From: an uncultured delta proteobacterium | GTDB taxonomy: Bacteria > Desulfobacterota > Binatia > DP-6 | Direction of reading: 5' to 3' | Length of the DNA: 64,000 nt | Assembly: GCA_963815115.1 (NCBI GenBank) | Contig: CAWFFN010000009.1 | Location: 512,001 to 576,000, forward strand | Part shown: positions 1 to 10,387 of the stretch, one piece after another | Layout of the letters: the number at the start of each line of letters is the position of its first letter | Position numbering within the stretch: position 1 is the first letter of the stretch | Made by a program: the position numbers and the translations under genes | Notes under the pieces: model-generated | Database searches by the model: none | Told to the model about the DNA's origin: nothing | The model's input: only the letters and a program-made list of their open reading frames with translations

Positions 1-975
1 GCCGCCGGCCGCGAGCGCGAGCTGGAAATTCGCGGCGGCCTTGCTGCCGGTGCCGGCCGGATTCACGGCACCGGCCTCGCCCGCCACCAGGTGGCGGTGG
101 AAGGCGTCCTTCACGTACGGAGACGGATCCGGCGTTCCCCAGAGTCGCGAGAAGTTGCTCTCGTTCTCCGTGAACAGCAGCGCCGGCGCGGGATGGCCCG
201 CAGGCGGCTCGATCGCCAGCCGGAAGGTGCCGAGCGAAGCGTGCGCGGCGCTGAGCGAGGCGTCGTCGCGTCGCGTGATGCGGCCACGCGGCCAGTAGCC
301 TTCGCCCGTGCGACCCCAGGACCAGGTGTTGCGGAACCAGAGCGTGGGAAGCAGGTGCAGCGTGGCCGGGTCGGGTCCGCGGTTCGTCACCGTCAGCTGG
401 ATGAGCACGTCGTCGGGCGACGCCTTGGCGTACTCGGCGACCACGTCGAAGTACCGGTTGCCGTCGAAGACGCCGGTGTCGAGCAGCTCGAACTCGGGGT
501 CGCGGCGCGAGCGGCGACGGGTCTCCTCCACCAGCTGGCAGTACGGAAACGCCGCCTGCGGGTACTTGTAGAGCGCCTTCAGATACGAGCTCGTGGGCGT
601 CGCGTCGAGGTAGTAGTAGAGCTCCTTCACGTCCTCGCCGTGGTTGCCCTCGGGGCCGGTGAGCCCGAACAGGCGTTCCTTCAGGATCGGGTCGCGTCCG
701 TTCCACAGTGCGAGCGCGAAGCACAGCCGGCCCTGGCGATCGGTGATCCCGAGCAGGCCGTCCTCGCCCCAGCGATAGGCCCGGCTGCGGGCATGATCGT
801 GGGTGAGGTAGTCCCAGCAGGTCCCGTCGGCGGAGTAGTCCTCGCGCACGGTGCCCCACTGCCGTTCGGACAGGTAGGGACCCCAGCGCTTCCAGTCGAG
901 GACGCGGCGAGCGTCCTCGTCGAGACGCCGTCGCTCGGCGCCGGCGTCGCCGTCGGGGTGCTCGCCGTTGCTCAT
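1..975 (-). CDS. Glucosidase, GH63/MGH1-like family (5' part; runs off the window edge)
   Basis: Manual translation from ATG at 975 gives [21 protein letters not shown]...[10 protein letters not shown]...[32 protein letters not shown], the typical N-terminus of this family. Absent from the ORF track because it is truncated. Confidence 0.85.
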   Translation of the reverse strand, partial: MSNGEHPDGDAGAERRRLDEDARRVLDWKRWGPYLSERQWGTVREDYSADGTCWDYLTHDHARSRAYRWGEDGLLGITDRQGRLCFALALWNGRDPILKERLFGLTGPEGNHGEDVKELYYYLDATPTSSYLKALYKYPQAAFPYCQLVEETRRRSRRDPEFELLDTGVFDGNRYFDVVAEYAKASPDDVLIQLTVTNRGPDPATLHLLPTLWFRNTWSWGRTGEGYWPRGRITRRDDASLSAAHASLGTFRLAIEPPAGHPAPALLFTENESNFSRLWGTPDPSPYVKDAFHRHLVAGEAGAVNPAGTGSKAAANFQLALAAGG

Positions 976-1013
976 CCTGGGTCTGGAGGTTTGCGCGACC
1001 GGGACCGCCGCCG

Positions 1014-2840
1014 TCAACCGGCATGACCGGCGGCGGAGAGCCGCCGATCGAGGTCGAAGGCGGCGCTGATGAGCGCGAGATGGGTGAAGGCCTGCGGGAA
1101 GTTTCCCAGGTGCTGGGCCTGCGGGCCCAGCTCCTCGCCGTAGAGCCCGAGGTGATTGGCGTAGCCGAGCATCTTCTCGAAGAAGAAGCGCGCCTTGTGC
1201 AGGTCGCCCATGCGCGACAGGCACTCGACGTACCAGAAGGAGCACATGGAGAAGGTTCCCTCCTGGCCGCTGAGCCCGTCGGTGAAGGAGTCGCCCAGCC
1301 GGTAGCGGTAGACGAGCGAGTCGCTCACCAGCTCGCGCTCGATCGCGCGCAGCGTGGACACCCAGCGCGGATCGGTTGGAGAGATGAAGCGCACCAGCGG
1401 CATCAGCAGCGCCGACGCGTCGAGCGTGGTCGCGCCGGGATGCTGGACGAAGGCGCTGCGCTTCGCGTCCCAGAAGCGCTCGTAGACGTCGCGGTAGATC
1501 GTGTCGCGCACGTCGTACCAGCGTGCCTGGGGCGAGGGGAACGAGCGCTTCTGTGCCAGCCGGATGGCCCGGTCCATGGCGACCCAGCACTGGACGCGCG
1601 AGTAGAGAAACTCCTGCCGCCCCCCGCGCACCTCCCAGATGCCCTCGTCCTTCTCGCGCCAGTGCTCGCATACCCAGTCGATCAGCCGGACGATGTTCGT
1701 CCAGCCATCGTAGCCGATCGGGGAGCCGTACTTGTCGAACAGGTACACCGAGTCCATCAGCTCGCCGTAGATGTCGAGCTGCAGGTGCTTGTAGGCGGCG
1801 TTGCCGATCCGCACCGGACGCGAGCCCATGTAGCCCTCGAGGTGATCCAGCGTCTCCTCGAGCAGCTCGTGACGCCCGTCGAGGCCGTACATGATCTGCA
1901 ACGACCCGTCGGGACCGAGCTCCTTGCAGCGATCCATGACCCAGCCCATGAAGGCCCCCGCCTCGGCCGTGAAGCCGAGCCGCATGAGGCCGTAGAGCGT
2001 GAAGGACGAGTCCCGGATCCAGGTGTATCGGTAGTCCCAGTTGCGCACGCCGCCGATGGTCTCCGGCAGGCCGAAGGTCGGTGCGGCGACGATGGAGCCG
2101 TACCGGCGAGACGTCAGGAGCTTCAGGGTGAGGGCGGAGCGGTTCACCGTCTCGCGCCAGCGCCCCTGATACGTGCTGCGGTCGATCCAGCGACGCCAGA
2201 AGTTGACCGTCTGCTTGAATGCCTCGCGGACATAGTGGGGCTGCTCGCTGGGCGACGGCTCGCCCGGCATCACCACCTCGAGCACGAACCACGCCGAGCG
2301 ATTCTCCGCGAGCGTGAAGTCGGCGACGGCCGCGCCTTCCACGACCCGCATCGGTACCGACGCCTTCAGGCGCAGGGCCAGCTCGTTGCCCCCCGCGCTT
2401 CCGACGAACAGGACGTCGCGCTCGCCGCGCGCCTCCACCGTGTGCGGGGCGCGTCCGTAGTCGAAGCGCGGGTCGCAGCACATGCGGAAGCGCAGCTCGC
2501 CGCGCACGGTCTTCGCCCGCCGCACCATGTTGTGCGCCTGTCCGGCGTCCTCGACGGGCATGAAGTCGCACAGCTCGGCCACGCCGTCGTTCGACAGGAA
2601 GCGGGTGAGGAGCACGTTGGTGTCGGGCAGGTAGAGTTGCTTCCTGGCCGCCCCGTCGAGCACCGGCACGACCTGGAACCGACCGCCGTGCTCGGCGTCG
2701 ACGAGCGCCGCGAACACCGACGGTGAGTCGAAGGCCGGCAAACAGAGGTAGTCGACGGAGCCGTCCAGGCCGACGAGCGCGACGGTGTGGAGATCACCGA
2801 TGACGCCGTAGTCGCCGATGGGCCGATAGCAATTCGCCAC
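1014..2840 (-). CDS. Glycoside hydrolase family 15 (trehalase/glucoamylase-like)
   Basis: Motifs [45 protein letters not shown] and [10 protein letters not shown]. Start placed at GTG 2840. Confidence 0.92.
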   Translation of the reverse strand: MANCYRPIGDYGVIGDLHTVALVGLDGSVDYLCLPAFDSPSVFAALVDAEHGGRFQVVPVLDGAARKQLYLPDTNVLLTRFLSNDGVAELCDFMPVEDAGQAHNMVRRAKTVRGELRFRMCCDPRFDYGRAPHTVEARGERDVLFVGSAGGNELALRLKASVPMRVVEGAAVADFTLAENRSAWFVLEVVMPGEPSPSEQPHYVREAFKQTVNFWRRWIDRSTYQGRWRETVNRSALTLKLLTSRRYGSIVAAPTFGLPETIGGVRNWDYRYTWIRDSSFTLYGLMRLGFTAEAGAFMGWVMDRCKELGPDGSLQIMYGLDGRHELLEETLDHLEGYMGSRPVRIGNAAYKHLQLDIYGELMDSVYLFDKYGSPIGYDGWTNIVRLIDWVCEHWREKDEGIWEVRGGRQEFLYSRVQCWVAMDRAIRLAQKRSFPSPQARWYDVRDTIYRDVYERFWDAKRSAFVQHPGATTLDASALLMPLVRFISPTDPRWVSTLRAIERELVSDSLVYRYRLGDSFTDGLSGQEGTFSMCSFWYVECLSRMGDLHKARFFFEKMLGYANHLGLYGEELGPQAQHLGNFPQAFTHLALISAAFDLDRRLSAAGHAG

Positions 2841-3100
2841 GTCGTCAGCATACCACGGCGGCGTGCGCCTCGGGCAGCGGGGGTGCACGATCCCGCCCAG
2901 GCTGGGAACGGGCCGCCGACGGGCGTGCTCGGGTCGCCGTCGACGATCTCGGAGACGGGCCCGGCCCGGCGTCGCGTCACGGCAGCGCAGGCCCGGCGTC
3001 TTCCCCTCCCCCGCCGTCCCGGGGCAGAGTACTTGACGGGCGACTCCATAGAGGCGTAGTGCGGGATCGGTCTGGTCAGATAGCAAGGAAGGGGGACCTC

Positions 3101-4273
3101 ATGAGAGTCTTTGCTGCGCTGACACTCGGGCTGGGGCTGGCCGCGGCGAGCGAGGCGGCCGTCACCCACTACCTCCACAGGGGCGCGTCACCCGTGCCCA
3201 TACCCGGGGGCAGCTCCGTCTTCTTCCTCGACGGGACGCCGCCTGCGGGCAGTACCGCGGTCGCCGAGAAGATCCAGGTGAGCAAGAAGACGCGAATCGC
3301 CTTCCCCGACTTCATCGCCGGGCCGTTCGGCGGCGGCACCGTCCTCGGGGCTCAGCTCGGAGCGCTCGTGCATCTGTCGGCAAACCTCCAGATGTCGCAG
3401 TGCGCCAGCGTCACCGCGCAGATTCTCGCCGTCGATCCGACGGGCGCCGTGAAGGTCGCCGGCAGTCTGCTCCTCGCCGGCGCGACGATCCCCCAGGGCT
3501 CGGGCGACGGCACGACGGGCTTCGCGCCCCTGACGTTCGGCGGCCCCGCCCGCTGCGCGTTCCTCGACGGCATCCCCGTCGAGGAGGGCGGATCGGTGGG
3601 CCTGCGCCTGCTCGTGTCCAACCTCTGCAAGGCGAATCGCGCCGTCTCGCTGGTCTACGACGCCGTCGGGGCGCCGTCGGCGATCAGCTTCGATGTGCTC
3701 GGGCTGAGCCCGGAGGAGATCCTGGAGCGGCGGCTCGAGTGCCAGAAGGATTGTGCCCCCGACAAGATCAAGGCGGCGAGCAAGAAGATCAGCGACATCG
3801 CCAAGTGCTTCGCCAAGGCGGTCAAGGACGGTGTCGATCCGGACTGCTTCTTTAAGGCGGAGATCAAGTTCGTGACGGCGTTCGACAAGGCCGAGGAGAA
3901 GCGCGACTGCGTGACCGTTGGCGACGCGGGCGCCGTCGAAGGCAACGTCGATGCCGCCGTGGGCGCGTTCGTCGCGGCGCTCGCTCCTGCCATGCTGCCG
4001 GAGGAGAGCCAGAAGTGCGCGGTCGCGAAGATCGGCCTCGCGGCCAAGAAGGCGACCGCGAAGCTCGCCTGTCAATCGAAGGCGGTGAAGAAGGCCCTGC
4101 CGGTCGACGTCGAGTGTCTCACCAAGGCGGAGGAGAGGTTCGCGATCGCCTACCAGAAGCTCGACGGCAAGGGGGGCTGTGTCACCACCGGCGATGCGCC
4201 GGGCGTCGAGGCCATCATCGACGGGCTGGTCGACGCGCTCGTGACGATGCTCGCCCCCCTGACTCCGCCCTGA
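3101..4273 (+). CDS. Secreted protein with N-terminal beta domain and two Cys/Lys-rich helical repeats
   Basis: Signal peptide MRVFAALTLGLGLAAASEA. Two ~85-aa repeats of the form C..KA.K.....C..KAE..F..A..K...K..CVT.GDA..VE...D..V.A.V..LAP. Confidence 0.75.
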   Translation: MRVFAALTLGLGLAAASEAAVTHYLHRGASPVPIPGGSSVFFLDGTPPAGSTAVAEKIQVSKKTRIAFPDFIAGPFGGGTVLGAQLGALVHLSANLQMSQCASVTAQILAVDPTGAVKVAGSLLLAGATIPQGSGDGTTGFAPLTFGGPARCAFLDGIPVEEGGSVGLRLLVSNLCKANRAVSLVYDAVGAPSAISFDVLGLSPEEILERRLECQKDCAPDKIKAASKKISDIAKCFAKAVKDGVDPDCFFKAEIKFVTAFDKAEEKRDCVTVGDAGAVEGNVDAAVGAFVAALAPAMLPEESQKCAVAKIGLAAKKATAKLACQSKAVKKALPVDVECLTKAEERFAIAYQKLDGKGGCVTTGDAPGVEAIIDGLVDALVTMLAPLTPP

Positions 4274-4290
4274 GCGGTTCGCCGGCGCCC

Positions 4291-5370
4291 TCACACCATC
4301 GCGACGACGTTCTTGACGCCCCGCGGCGGGCCCTGCAGGAGCTCGCCTTGGGCGTCGAGCGGGAAACGTCCCGTGATGAGGTTCCGCGCGACGCCCGGCC
4401 AGCGTGACTCGAACACCGCCAGATCGCCGATCGCCGCCTCGAAGGCCTCGCGGCCGGCGTTGATGGTGCCGAGGACGACCTGATTGCGTAGCACGAGGTT
4501 GCGCATCATCGCCGCGGCGTCGATCTCGAGCGGCCTGCGACCGCCGGGAAGCCCGGTGAGCACGAGCATGCCGTTGTGGCCGAGGGCCTCGAGCGCCTGG
4601 AACACGACCGGGGGCGCGCCGGTCGCCTCGTAGAGCACGTCGATGCCGCCGAGGCGCGTCCCGAGCTGCGCGAGCGGCGCGCGCTCCGAGCTCACGTAGC
4701 GCACCCCGGCGGACGCGAGCAGGGCGGCCTGCGGGCTCGATTCGGGCTCCAGCGACCACACGTGGGTCTCGAAGCCGGCCGCGGCGAGGACGAGCGCGCC
4801 GAGGATCCCGACTGCTCCCGCGCCTGCCACCACCGCCGTACCGCCGCCGCGTCCGGTCCGTTCCCGGACCCCACGGATCTGACCGAGCGCCTTTTCTGCG
4901 ATCGTGAGCGGTTCGACCAGCACGGCGACGTCGCGCAGCGCCGGCGCCACGCGATGGAGATAGCGTGCGTCCTCGACCACCTCCTCGGCCAGGAAGCCGT
5001 GGCGCTCCTTGATGCCATGCTCGACGAAGTCGCCGGTGGTGCAGAGGTCCTGCCGCGCGCTGCGGCACGGGACGCAGGCGTCGTGCGGGCAGGGGCGCCG
5101 CACCGCGGGAACGACGAGGTCGCCGCGCGCGAGCTGCGTCACGGCGGGTCCGACCTCGACCACCTCGGCGAGACACTCGTGCCCGAGGACCAGATGATCG
5201 GAGCCCGCGGGAGGGGTACCGAACTCGAAGCGGCAGATCTCCCGGTCGGTCCCGCAGACGCCGACCTCGAGGACGCGGAGCCGGACGTCGGCGGGCGAGG
5301 AGAGACGGGGCGGGTCGTGCTCCACGAGGCGCACCGCGCGCTCGCGAGGAAAGACGGCGAGGGCCCTCAT
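4291..5370 (-). CDS. Zn-dependent glucose 1-dehydrogenase (MDR family)
   Basis: Motifs VGVCGTDREI, LVLGHE, VRRPC...C..C......C, GAGAVG and NQVVLGTINA. ATGA overlap with the upstream gene. Confidence 0.85.
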   Translation of the reverse strand: MRALAVFPRERAVRLVEHDPPRLSSPADVRLRVLEVGVCGTDREICRFEFGTPPAGSDHLVLGHECLAEVVEVGPAVTQLARGDLVVPAVRRPCPHDACVPCRSARQDLCTTGDFVEHGIKERHGFLAEEVVEDARYLHRVAPALRDVAVLVEPLTIAEKALGQIRGVRERTGRGGGTAVVAGAGAVGILGALVLAAAGFETHVWSLEPESSPQAALLASAGVRYVSSERAPLAQLGTRLGGIDVLYEATGAPPVVFQALEALGHNGMLVLTGLPGGRRPLEIDAAAMMRNLVLRNQVVLGTINAGREAFEAAIGDLAVFESRWPGVARNLITGRFPLDAQGELLQGPPRGVKNVVAMV

Positions 5371-7679
5371 CGACTGCGTCCCAGCCACCACGTGAAGAGC
5401 GCCTTCACCCTCGGCGTGAGCCGCGTCCGGTTGTAAGCGTCGGCGGCCTTCTTCATCACCTCGGCCTGCGTCGGGTAGGGATGGATCGTGCTCCCGATCG
5501 CCCCGAGGCCGATCCCGGCCGTCATCGCCAGGGTGAGCTCCGATATCAGGTCGCCCGCGTGGGTGGCGACCAGCGTGGCCCCGACGATCCTGTCGCTGCC
5601 CGCGCGCAGGTGAACGCGCAGGAAGCCGTCGTCCTCGCCGTCGAGGACCGCGCGGTCGACCTCGCGGAGCGGGACCGTGAGGGTGGTGACGGCGATGCCG
5701 CGCCCGGCGGCATCGTGCTCGGACAGCCCGACGTGCGCGACCTCCGGCGTGGTGTAGGTGCACCAGGGCACGTGGAGGGCGCTCGCCTTCTTCCGCCCGA
5801 AGGCGCCGAAGAGCGCGTTCTGCACGACGATGCGCGCGAGAGCGTCCGCGGTGTGGGTGAACTGGAAGCGCGATGCCACGTCGCCGGCGGCGTAGATGCG
5901 CGGGTTCGTGGTCCGCAGGTGATCGTCCACGACCACTCCCGCGGCCTCGTGGCGTACCCCCGCGGCCTCGAGCCCGAGCCCTTCCAGGTTGGGCGCGCGG
6001 CCGACGCCGACGAGGATGCGATCTCCGACCGCCTCCGACGTGGCGCCGCCCACGCCGTAGCGGACGACGACCTCCGTGCCGCGACGCTCGGCGCCCAGCA
6101 CGCGGGCTCCGTTCACCAGCCGCACGCCGTCGCGCTCCATGCGCCGCTCGACCACCGCCGCCGCATCCGCGTCCTCGCGCGGCAGCGCGTGCGGGGCGTC
6201 GTGCACGACCGTCACCTCGGCCCCGAAGCTCCGGAAGACCTGGGCCATCTCGCAGCCGATCGGACCGGCGCCGATGACGACCAGACGCCGCGGGAGCTCC
6301 GTCAGCCAGAAGACGGTCTCGTTGGTGAGGTAGCCGGTCTCCTCCAGGCCGGGGATGGGCGGAGCGGCGGCTCGCGCGCCCGTCGTGATCACGGCGCGCG
6401 CGAACTCGAGCGTTCTTCCGTCGACCTCGAGCGTGGTCGGGCTCGTGAAACGCCCGCCCCCGATGTAGACGTCGACCCCCAGCTTGGTGAAGCGTTGCAC
6501 GCCGTCGTTGGGCGCGAGCTCGGCGCGCAGGCGGCGCATGCGGGCCATCACGGCGGGGAAGTCGACCTCGACGGAGCCGACCCGGACGCCGAGCTCGCCC
6601 GCCTGGCGCGCGCTCGCGGCCGCGCGGGCGGCGGCGATGAGCGCCTTCGACGGCACGCAGCCGACGTTCAGACAGTCCCCACCGAGGAGGTGACGCTCGA
6701 CGAGCGCGACCTTCGCGCCGAGTCCCGCCGCCCCGGCGGCGGAGACCAGCCCCGCGGTTCCTCCGCCGACCGCCACCAGGTTGTAGCGCCCGCTCGGACG
6801 CGGATTCTGCCGGCCGCCGGGGTGCACGTGCGACAGCAGCGTCCGGTTGAACTCGTCGTCGGGAAGGACGAGCGGCCCGGGCGCGTGGCCGGCGACCGGC
6901 GCCGGGTGCGCTTCCTCGGCGCTGCGTTCGACCGTGGCCTCGTCCAGGGCACGCCGGGCGATGCGCGTGACGACGACCGTGACCGCCACCGTGGCGGCGA
7001 AGCCGAGGAAGGTGAGCGCCTGCTTCGCCGTTCCGCCCGAGGGCGCACCCGAGGCGAGCTGGCTCACGCTCGTGATCAGCGATCCCAGGTAGACGTACAT
7101 GACCGTGCCCGGCACCATGCCGACGAGCGAGCCGATCACGTAGTCGCGGAAGGTCACCCGGGTGAGGCCGTACGCGTAGTTGAGGAGATTGAAGGGGAAG
7201 GCAGGCGAGAGTCGCGTGAGCAGCACGATCTTCAGCCCTTCGCGGCCCACCGCGCGATCGATGGCGGCGAAACGGGCGTTGCCGGCCACGCGCGCCGCGA
7301 TCCGGTCGCGAGCCAGCGTGCGCCCGAGGAGGAACGCGACCGCGGCGCCGAGATTGGCGGACACCCAGACCAGCGGGACGCCCACGGCGACGCCGTAGGC
7401 GAAGCCGGCGCCGAGCGTGAGGATGAGTCCCGGCAGGAGGAGGATGCACGCGATGACGTAGGCGGCAACGAAGACCGCCATGCCGGCGAGCCCGGCGCCC
7501 CGGATCCAGGCGACGAAGCCCAGCAGCCAGTCGTTGACGGGGAGGAGCTTCAGGGCGCCGAGCACCGCGACCAGGACGAGAGCGAGCAGGACGAGGCGGC
7601 CCGTGCCGCCGCCCTGCGGCCGCGCCTCGGGGGATGCGAGCGTCGCTGGTCCGGGCGGGGCGCTCATGGACTCCGTCAT
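5367..7679 (-). CDS. TVP38/TMEM64 (DedA/VTT) membrane domain fused to a class I pyridine nucleotide-disulfide oxidoreductase (MerA/Lpd-like)
   Basis: N-terminal TM region with LLTRLSPAFPFNLLNYAYG, followed by GGGTAG, GGDCLNVGCVPSK, GAGPIGCE and HPYPT. Start is 7679 or 7667. Confidence 0.88.
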   Translation of the reverse strand: MTESMSAPPGPATLASPEARPQGGGTGRLVLLALVLVAVLGALKLLPVNDWLLGFVAWIRGAGLAGMAVFVAAYVIACILLLPGLILTLGAGFAYGVAVGVPLVWVSANLGAAVAFLLGRTLARDRIAARVAGNARFAAIDRAVGREGLKIVLLTRLSPAFPFNLLNYAYGLTRVTFRDYVIGSLVGMVPGTVMYVYLGSLITSVSQLASGAPSGGTAKQALTFLGFAATVAVTVVVTRIARRALDEATVERSAEEAHPAPVAGHAPGPLVLPDDEFNRTLLSHVHPGGRQNPRPSGRYNLVAVGGGTAGLVSAAGAAGLGAKVALVERHLLGGDCLNVGCVPSKALIAAARAAASARQAGELGVRVGSVEVDFPAVMARMRRLRAELAPNDGVQRFTKLGVDVYIGGGRFTSPTTLEVDGRTLEFARAVITTGARAAAPPIPGLEETGYLTNETVFWLTELPRRLVVIGAGPIGCEMAQVFRSFGAEVTVVHDAPHALPREDADAAAVVERRMERDGVRLVNGARVLGAERRGTEVVVRYGVGGATSEAVGDRILVGVGRAPNLEGLGLEAAGVRHEAAGVVVDDHLRTTNPRIYAAGDVASRFQFTHTADALARIVVQNALFGAFGRKKASALHVPWCTYTTPEVAHVGLSEHDAAGRGIAVTTLTVPLREVDRAVLDGEDDGFLRVHLRAGSDRIVGATLVATHAGDLISELTLAMTAGIGLGAIGSTIHPYPTQAEVMKKAADAYNRTRLTPRVKALFTWWLGRSR

Positions 7680-7810
7680 CGCCGTCTTCGATGACCACGG
7701 CGGATCGTCGTTCGAGGACATAGCACGCGGCGGCGCGTGCCTGCCAAGCGCTGGTCCCGTGCGCGTCGAGCGCGCGCCGCCCGGGCGCGGCGCGCTCCCG
7801 CGGCAGTTTC

Positions 7811-8530
7811 TCAGGCCTCCGGGGCGTCTCGCCGGACGGGGGTGACCCGGTTCCTCGCGATGTCGAGGTAGACCTCCTCGTAGTCCACCCGATCCGCTAT
7901 CAGACCGTGGAACGCGTTCAGCATCGCGGAGGCGACGGCGAGGTTGGTGAAGAGGAGCTGCGGCGCGCCCGCCGTCGCCAGCCGGCCGCAGCCGGGGGTG
8001 CTCGGGACGACTGCCGGAGCGTCGGCGATCTCCGGATGGTGGCGGGTGAGCGAGCTGGACAGCCAGACGCCGTCCGCGCGCCTGACGACCTGCACGTTGC
8101 CGTAGGTCCCGCTCCGCCCGGCCTCGGGCTCGACGCCGTCGTTTCCGCCCGACAGCAGCACGACGTCGCGCAGGCGCTCCACCGCCTCGGAGACCACCCG
8201 GCGGCTGGCGTGATTGTCGACGGCCAGGAACACGATCTGTCCCTCCCGGATGATCGTCCCCACGTTCTCCGGCGTCACGTACTCCGGCACGGGCTCGATC
8301 GTGACGACCTCGCCGAATGCCTGAGCCAGCTCGCGCGCCATGGCGACGGCCTTGTTCTCGAGGCTCACGAACCGCATTCGGCTCCGGTTGCTCTCCTCGA
8401 ACGCGTCGCCGTCGACGAGCGTCAGGTGGGAGAGCCGTCGCTCCGCGTGCAGGTAGTGGCAGAGGTGGCGCGCGACATGGCCGCCGATTCCGCCGCAACC
8501 GACGACGGTGATCTCAGTAGGACCACGCAT
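7811..8530 (-). CDS. ThiF/E1-like adenylyltransferase (PRTRC-ThiF-like, no Zn-binding CxxC)
   Basis: Motifs VVGCGGIG, VDGDAFEESNRSR, NKA, AVDN..SR and a Cys in PGCG...PQLLFTN. Start is 8530 or 8545. Confidence 0.85.
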   Translation of the reverse strand: MRGPTEITVVGCGGIGGHVARHLCHYLHAERRLSHLTLVDGDAFEESNRSRMRFVSLENKAVAMARELAQAFGEVVTIEPVPEYVTPENVGTIIREGQIVFLAVDNHASRRVVSEAVERLRDVVLLSGGNDGVEPEAGRSGTYGNVQVVRRADGVWLSSSLTRHHPEIADAPAVVPSTPGCGRLATAGAPQLLFTNLAVASAMLNAFHGLIADRVDYEEVYLDIARNRVTPVRRDAPEA

Positions 8531-9251
8531 ATCCGTGCTTGCCATCGGTCCGGCGCTCCTCGACGACCTGGATCCGCTCGAGCCATTCGGGTGGCCATGC
8601 GCGGCTCGCGTGCGCCGGCTCGAGCACCTGCTCCGGGGGGACGGGGAAGCGCGTCCCCGCGACGACGAACGCGGCGTCGAACTCGGGCAACGTCGAATCG
8701 ACGTAGCCCACCGTCACGTGCAGCCCGGTCTCGAAGAGCTCGTCGTGCTCGTCCACCAGGCTGTGGCGCGGGCTGAGCTCGGCGTGGCTGTGCATCGTGC
8801 CCAGCTTCCGCCATTCGGGCCCCGGGCGTGCGCACGGCCCGTAGCTCAGGCGCAGATCGGCGCGAAACCGCCCGTGCTCCACCCGACCGCGAATGGTCTG
8901 GGGCGGCGCTTCGACGCGATAGCGAGCCCGGCGGCCGTCGGCGGCGGGTGCGTAGAACATGAACAGCACGGCCTCGCCCTCCCAGCGATCGTAGACGGAG
9001 CGGAAGAAGCCCAGCGCCGTCTCGACGAGACTGCGGGGCAACCGGCGAGGGAGCCGGAGGTCGAGGCGTGCCTCGTGGGGAAGCAGGCCGGGAACGCCGC
9101 CGTCCACCCGGACCGTCGCAGCATACAGCTCCGTGCGCCGGTCGAGAAAGAGACCATTGCCCGCGATCACGTAGGAGGTGTCGGCGTCGGACGGTGTGAA
9201 CGCGTCGTCCTTCAGCAGCACGGGAAACATCGGCGCTGCGAGCATCGTCAC
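8514..9251 (-). CDS. JAB/JAMM metallopeptidase (PRTRC protein A-like)
   Basis: YVIAGNGLF N-terminus, EGEA Glu, and LGTMHSH....RHS..D..DE....LHVTVG. GTGA overlap with the upstream gene. Confidence 0.85.
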   Translation of the reverse strand: MTMLAAPMFPVLLKDDAFTPSDADTSYVIAGNGLFLDRRTELYAATVRVDGGVPGLLPHEARLDLRLPRRLPRSLVETALGFFRSVYDRWEGEAVLFMFYAPAADGRRARYRVEAPPQTIRGRVEHGRFRADLRLSYGPCARPGPEWRKLGTMHSHAELSPRHSLVDEHDELFETGLHVTVGYVDSTLPEFDAAFVVAGTRFPVPPEQVLEPAHASRAWPPEWLERIQVVEERRTDGKHGYAWSY

Positions 9252-10387
9252 GGCTCCAGCTGCATGAGCGTCACCAGCTGCTCGACACGCTCGACGGGAT
9301 GCCAGGGGGCCACGCGGTCCAGCATGTACTCGAGCGTGCCACCGACGGTGCGGGACGCCCGGCGCCAGTGCACCTGGAGCGCGAAGTAGGGATCGGCGCA
9401 GGTCGCCTCTTCCCACGCGTCCGCGCTCGCAAGTCGCGCGTCGATCGATGCGGCCGACTCCCAGTACGAGTTGCCCTCGTGCATCTCGGCCGAGCGGTTG
9501 AAGGCCGCGTGCCAGAAGTGATCGGTCACGGCCTTCAGGCGAGCAGACGACGACAGCCGACGCAGGCTCCGGTTGCTCAGCGCCACCAGACACACCCAGC
9601 TCTCCTGGTCCTCGTAGGCCGGCGCCTGCGCGCAGTTGAGCAGACAGGTGAAGGAGAGGTGGTCGTCGAGCGACTCGATGGGGGTGCTCCGGAAGAAGGC
9701 CTGCTGCATGCCGGTGAGCATCCCGTCGCGAAGGACCAGGAACAGCACCACCCAGGGGAACGACAGCCGGCGCTGGCGGTAGCGCGCTTCGGCCCCGAAC
9801 GCGTCCGGCGAATCGTCGGCGATCCACCGGACCACGCGAGGGCCCGGAGGCATCTCGATGACTGCCCCGAGCACCGTCCCCCCGGCGCGCTCGGCCATGA
9901 GCCGGACGTTCGGCGGGTGGACGCGCCACGTCGCCGGCCCGCTGCCCGTCGCGACGACCCGGTCGAGCAGATGGCGGACCGGCGTGGAGCCCATCATGCG
10001 ACCATCGCGGCGCCACACGGCGCTCGTGTCGGCGATCTCGATCGCCGACCGGGCGGCCCGCACGGAAGCCTGCGCGCCGGCGCCCTTCTCGCCGGCGTAC
10101 TTGACGAACTCGAGATGCTCGCCCACGGCGAGCACGTGGTCGTCCGGCACCTGACGGCCGCCTACGAGTGCCACGGCGGCGGGATGGATGCCGAAGAGTG
10201 CTGCCGCGATCGCCCGGGCCGCTCCGACGCAGCGGCCGGCGAGATCCAGGTCCTGCACGTCGGCGCCCGCGATCACGCGGACGCGTGCGGCGGCGGCGGT
10301 TCCGGCGACCGCGGGATCGGTGGCGACCGGGTCGGAGGGTGGCGCCTCGAGCGGGAGCGAAGGACGCTGCTGTTGCTGCTGTGTCAT
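9248..10387 (-). CDS. Ubiquitin-like domain (ending GEKG) fused to a prokaryotic E2-like domain (Prok-E2_D/PRTRC-B-like)
   Basis: Residues ~35-102 show a beta-grasp pattern ending L..GE.LEFVKYAGEKG. The C-terminal part has LSFPWVVLF, LLNC, WVCL and FW.AAFN. ATGA overlap with the ATPase gene. Confidence 0.72.
   Translation of the reverse strand: MTQQQQQRPSLPLEAPPSDPVATDPAVAGTAAAARVRVIAGADVQDLDLAGRCVGAARAIAAALFGIHPAAVALVGGRQVPDDHVLAVGEHLEFVKYAGEKGAGAQASVRAARSAIEIADTSAVWRRDGRMMGSTPVRHLLDRVVATGSGPATWRVHPPNVRLMAERAGGTVLGAVIEMPPGPRVVRWIADDSPDAFGAEARYRQRRLSFPWVVLFLVLRDGMLTGMQQAFFRSTPIESLDDHLSFTCLLNCAQAPAYEDQESWVCLVALSNRSLRRLSSSARLKAVTDHFWHAAFNRSAEMHEGNSYWESAASIDARLASADAWEEATCADPYFALQVHWRRASRTVGGTLEYMLDRVAPWHPVERVEQLVTLMQLEP

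Noticed and set aside
5367-7679. merA mercury resistance
   Set aside because: No C-terminal Cys-Cys pair and no merR/T/P genes.
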